Positions 60,431 through 64,000 of a DNA stretch of 64,000 bases are shown piece after piece. The first letter of the stretch is position 1. Every line of letters begins with the position of its first letter. The notes below the pieces were generated by a model. The model worked only from the letters and a program-made list of their open reading frames with translations, was not told where the DNA came from and did not search any database. Source of the stretch: Armatimonadota bacterium (GTDB lineage: Bacteria; Armatimonadota; HRBIN16); contig BPGT01000003.1 in NCBI GenBank assembly GCA_026003175.1, forward strand, positions 268,278 through 332,277, written 5' to 3'. Position numbers and translations under genes: made by a program.

Positions 60431-61083
60431 AGCAGCTCCCTCAATTCCCTCACCAGCACATCGGGCGGGTGGTTGCGGAAGGGGTTGATGGGCACATCCA
60501 GCCGCCAGATGCCCACCGTTCGGCATCCCGCTGCCCTGCCCGCCTCTACGTCCATCCAGTAGTCGCCCACCACCACGCAGTGAACAGGAGCGATGCCCCA
60601 TTCCTCCAGCGCAACCATCACATGCTGCGGATGGGGCTTCACCCTCTGCACATCGTCGCGGCTGACCAGCAATTCATACGGTATCTGCAGGGTGTTCAGG
60701 GTGCGCAGGGAGACCTCGCGGTCGTTGCGGGTGATGATGCCGATGCGAACGCGCTGCTCCCTTAACCCGTTGAGCAGGTCGTACATGCCGGGCACAGGAC
60801 GGGGTGAGGCGCAATATGCCATCTCCATCGCCTGCAGTCGGGCGAAGGCGCGTTGACGCAGCTCTGTGCTCTCGTCCTCTCTGCCTGCAGAACGCAGTGC
60901 TTCCACTGCCCGCTCTACCGCGCCCAGTGCGTCCATATCCTGCAGGGGAAGAGTATCCACACCGTACTCCGCTATCAGTTGCAGAGCCGCCGCACGCAGT
61001 CTGGAGAAGTCAATACCCGTCTCGACGAGCGTACCGTCGAGGTCAAATAACACGGCGTGCGCATTCTGGAAGATGGTGTGCAT
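60427..61083 (-). CDS. HAD family hydrolase
   Basis: FDLDGTL, ITRN, KPHP, VGDYWMD. Confidence 0.93.
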   Translation of the reverse strand: MHTIFQNAHAVLFDLDGTLVETGIDFSRLRAAALQLIAEYGVDTLPLQDMDALGAVERAVEALRSAGREDESTELRQRAFARLQAMEMAYCASPRPVPGMYDLLNGLREQRVRIGIITRNDREVSLRTLNTLQIPYELLVSRDDVQRVKPHPQHVMVALEEWGIAPVHCVVVGDYWMDVEAGRAAGCRTVGIWRLDVPINPFRNHPPDVLVRELRELL

Positions 61084-61144
61084 ATCTGGATTATACCAGC
61101 CCTTGCCTGAGCAGGAGAAGAGGGGGGATGTAGTGAACTGAAAA

Positions 61145-61172
61145 TGTCATGCTGAGCGTCAGCAAAGCATCT
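61145..61172. repeat. Short REP-like element
   Basis: TGTCATGCTGAGCGTCAGCAAAGCATCT, an imperfect palindrome of a recurrent intergenic type. Confidence 0.4.
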
Positions 61173-61228
61173 TCACTACCGATTCACGCGCTTTGCAAAC
61201 ACGGATGATTACAAGGGAGGAGCCTATC

Positions 61229-61618
61229 ATGCCCAAACAGGTCATCACCACACATGATGCCCCGGCGGCAATCGGACCCTACTCCCAGGCGATTCGCGTA
61301 GGCAACCTGGTTTTTACATCGGGGCAGATACCGCTGCACCCGCAGACGGGCGAAATCGTCGGCGACACCGCTGCCGAACAAGCGCGACAGGTGCTGCACA
61401 ACCTGCAGGCGGTGCTACAGGCGGCGGGTGCCTCCCTGCAGGATGTGGTCAAAACCACCATCTTTCTGACCGACCTGGGACAGTTCGCGGCGGTGAATGC
61501 GGTGTACGCCGAGTTCTTCCCCAACGACCCGCCTGCGCGTTCGACGGTGCAGGTAGCAGCACTGCCGCGCGCGGTGCAGGTGGAGATAGAGGCGGTAGCG
61601 GTAGTCGAGCAGGGCTAA
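61229..61618 (+). CDS. ridA: RidA family enamine/imine deaminase
   Basis: APAAIGPYSQA, SGQIP, PARSTVQVAALP, VEIEA. RBS GGAGG. Confidence 0.93.
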   Translation: MPKQVITTHDAPAAIGPYSQAIRVGNLVFTSGQIPLHPQTGEIVGDTAAEQARQVLHNLQAVLQAAGASLQDVVKTTIFLTDLGQFAAVNAVYAEFFPNDPPARSTVQVAALPRAVQVEIEAVAVVEQG

Positions 61619-62970
61619 CCCCGCGCCGCCTCGTACAGCAGTTCCACCAGCGTCGGATGGGCAGGGTAGAGGGACGCCAGGGTCTCCATCGTCCCGCCCA
61701 TCGCGATTGCTGTTGCCAGCGGGGCGAGTACGTCCGCTGCGTGGGAACCAATTGCTGAACCGCCGAGTAATTTGCCTGTGTTCTCTTCCACTACCAGCTT
61801 CACGAAGCCCTCGGTTTCGCCCAGCAGCTGCGCTTTCAGGTTGCTGGCGTACTCGGCTCGAGGCGACTTTACACGCAGACCCTGCTCACGCGCTTGCGCC
61901 TCGGTGATGCCCACCTGCGCCACCTGCGGTTGGGTGTACACCGCCTCCACCACCAGCTCGGAGCGGAAGGGCGATGTGGGTAGACCCAACGCATGACGCA
62001 CTGCCACCCGCGCCTGCGCCCAACCGCGATTAAGGGTAAATGGCGGTCCCGCCGCATCACCTGCCGCGTAGATATGCGCCACAGGCGACTGCAAGTATTC
62101 GTTCAGGGGTATTCCCTGCGGACTAGATGGCACACCTGCTGCCTCCAGATTCAGCCGTGACAGGTCTGCCCGCCTGCCGATAGCCACAAAGGCATGACTG
62201 CCCTCCAGCACCCTGCCATTGGCGAGATGCGCCTGCACCCCGTTTTCGGTGGCGGTGACGCTTTCTACCGGTGAGGAGAGCAGCACCTCAATACCTATCT
62301 GCCGAAAAGCGTGCTCCAGCAACTGCGACGCCTCTTCGTCCGCACGGGGCAGCAGGCGCGGCATATCGGTCACTATCGTTACCTCTGAACCCAGCACGCG
62401 GAACAGGTAGGCGAACTCACTGCCCGTCACGCCTCCGCCCACCATAACGATATGTTCGGGGAGCGACTGCAGGTTACTGGCGAAGCGTGGCGCAAGGATG
62501 CGCTTGCCGTCGGGCTTCATGCTGGGAGGGAAGATGGGCACGGAACCTGTGGCGATGATGGCGACATCGAAGGAGATTTGCCGTTCGCCGCCTCCTTCCA
62601 ACTGCACTTTCACTGCGTGCGGAGACACAAACGATGCTACACCCCGCAGGGTCTGCACCCCTGCCTGCTGCAGAGACTGCTTCTGCAACTCACCCCACTG
62701 GTGCGTGCGCTGGCGGATGCGTTCCATCAAATCAGCAACCTCAGCGCCCTCTGCAGTGACCTTGACCCCACGATGAGGCGCGTAGTAATTGTCCAACAGA
62801 GTATCCGCTGCCGTTAACAGTACCTTGCTGGGCACGAGACTATCCCACGTGGTGCGCCCGCCGACCTCGCCCTCGCTGATAAGGACGACTTCCGCGCCCA
62901 GCCTCGCCGCCTCCAGCGCGGCATGAACACCCACCGAACCGCCGCCAATGACCAATACACTTTTGGACAT
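61615..62970 (-). CDS. Dihydrolipoyl dehydrogenase-like flavoprotein lacking the redox disulfide
   Basis: VIGGGSVG, GGRTTWDSLVPSK (no Cys), ATGS, VGGGVTGSE, YAAGD, HPTLVE. Confidence 0.88.
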   Translation of the reverse strand: MSKSVLVIGGGSVGVHAALEAARLGAEVVLISEGEVGGRTTWDSLVPSKVLLTAADTLLDNYYAPHRGVKVTAEGAEVADLMERIRQRTHQWGELQKQSLQQAGVQTLRGVASFVSPHAVKVQLEGGGERQISFDVAIIATGSVPIFPPSMKPDGKRILAPRFASNLQSLPEHIVMVGGGVTGSEFAYLFRVLGSEVTIVTDMPRLLPRADEEASQLLEHAFRQIGIEVLLSSPVESVTATENGVQAHLANGRVLEGSHAFVAIGRRADLSRLNLEAAGVPSSPQGIPLNEYLQSPVAHIYAAGDAAGPPFTLNRGWAQARVAVRHALGLPTSPFRSELVVEAVYTQPQVAQVGITEAQAREQGLRVKSPRAEYASNLKAQLLGETEGFVKLVVEENTGKLLGGSAIGSHAADVLAPLATAIAMGGTMETLASLYPAHPTLVELLYEAARG

Positions 62971-63017
62971 GCGCTTCACCTCCAATGGTTGGACTCGGCA
63001 GGAAAGCGAGGGGATTC

Positions 63018-63169
63018 AGAGGGACAGCTCGGCGGGAGCCTCGCCCTCCAGGAGGCTGTAGATATGTGCGATGGCGATGTGCCCGAAAACGCACTGCATC
63101 CCGTTCGAACGAGGGTCGCGACGGAGCGTAACCCTCGGAGATATGTTTGAGGTTTTTTCGAACACCCTC
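63018..63169. repeat. REP-like palindromes ending in an orphan MITE terminal repeat
   Basis: GCTCGGCGGGAGCCTCGCCCTCC, GAGGGT...ACCCTC, then TTTCGAACACCCTC ending at 63169. Related REP at about 51272-51342. Confidence 0.6.
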
Positions 63170-63177
63170 TGCGTGTC

Positions 63178-63207
63178 TTGACTCCCTATCCATTAGCCCT
63201 GTAAAAT
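63178..63207 (+). promoter_or_regulatory. Sigma70-type promoter
   Basis: TTGACT (63178-63183)-N18-TAAAAT (63202-63207). Confidence 0.65.
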
Positions 63208-63234
63208 ATCCTCAATCACTTGTGGAGGTTTGCT

Positions 63235-64000
63235 ATGGTAGAAGACCTGTCCAGGTATCACCACCCGATTGGCAACCTGTTTCGCCTGCCAGGTACGCGC
63301 GAAGAGTGGCAACAGTACCGCCTCAGCGAGGAGCAAATTGCCTTCTTCCACGAGAACGGCTATCTGCCCGGCATCCGTATCCTCACCGATGAGCAGGTGG
63401 AACAATTACGACAAGAACTGGAAGGGCTGATGGACCCCTCTCACCCGGGGCATCATCTGTTTTATGAGTACCATTCCAACGAGAGCAAGGACCCGAACAC
63501 GGTGCTGTTCCACGCGCTGGGGGCATGGCGAATCGCTCCCGGCTTCCACGACATCCTGTGGCATCCCGCGTTCACCGTGCCGGCGTCGCAGTTGCTGGGT
63601 GGCGCAGTGCGCTTCTGGCACGACCAGCTGTTCTGCAAACCACCCAAACAGGGCGGCGTCGTGGCATGGCATCAGGACTACTCCTACTGGACACGCACGC
63701 AGCCGGAAGCGCACCTCACCTGCTGGATTGGGCTGGACGATGCCACCGAAGAGAACGGCGCGCTGATGTACATCCCCGGCTCGCACCGCTGGAACCTGTT
63801 GCCCATCACCGGACTGGCGGGCGACATGGAGGCGATTATGAGCGTGTTGACCGAAGAGCAGAAAGCACAGTTCAAACCCGTCACGGTAGAACTGAAAGCG
63901 GGTGAATGTTCTTTCCACCACTCCATGGTCGTACACGGCTCGGGGGTGAACCGCTCCGAGCGACCGCGCCGCGCAACGGTGATTAACGTCTTCCGTGACG
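63235..64000 (+). CDS. PhyH family dioxygenase (runs off the right edge)
   Basis: Manual translation [11 protein letters not shown]...AWHQDYSYW...IPGSH...[11 protein letters not shown]...RRATVIN. RBS GGAGG. Confidence 0.92.
   Translation, partial: MVEDLSRYHHPIGNLFRLPGTREEWQQYRLSEEQIAFFHENGYLPGIRILTDEQVEQLRQELEGLMDPSHPGHHLFYEYHSNESKDPNTVLFHALGAWRIAPGFHDILWHPAFTVPASQLLGGAVRFWHDQLFCKPPKQGGVVAWHQDYSYWTRTQPEAHLTCWIGLDDATEENGALMYIPGSHRWNLLPITGLAGDMEAIMSVLTEEQKAQFKPVTVELKAGECSFHHSMVVHGSGVNRSERPRRATVINVFRD

Noticed and set aside
62980-63169. A complete fourth MITE copy
   Set aside because: Only one TIR matches. No second TIR or TGCGTGTCT duplicate was found nearby, so it is reported as an orphan end.

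Overview
A GC-rich bacterial chromosome segment. The gene content points to Armatimonadota (inference): three DUF1559 prepilin-like proteins, two PEP-CTERM proteins, a DUF6785/6784 membrane protein, secreted proteins with a dockerin-like tail and tandem Uma2 genes. Most genes are for carbohydrate use (GH38, heparinase II/III-like, GH4, GH20, DUF4038, CBM9-like, GH10, GH144), alongside serC, Moco genes, PhyH dioxygenases, GT2/O-antigen-ligase genes and regulators. No rRNA, tRNA or CRISPR array was seen. Main observations: (1) A 186-bp non-autonomous element with terminal inverted repeats and 9-bp target duplications occurs three times. Every copy, plus a fourth orphan end, sits exactly 8 bp upstream of a TTGAC(A/T) -35 box, so it looks like a promoter-targeting MITE. 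(2) A lower-GC island encodes an FtsZ/tubulin-like protein, a second degenerate tubulin-like membrane protein and a choice-of-anchor-X/FHA-like membrane protein; nine +1 frameshifts hide these genes. (3) Regulator + DUF1559 pilin + PEP-CTERM modules carry shared operators and look like an unusual glycan-foraging unit. (4) A CAGGA-N18-GAAH alternative-sigma promoter motif recurs eight times. (5) Two secreted proteins share a near-identical dockerin-like C-terminal cassette.
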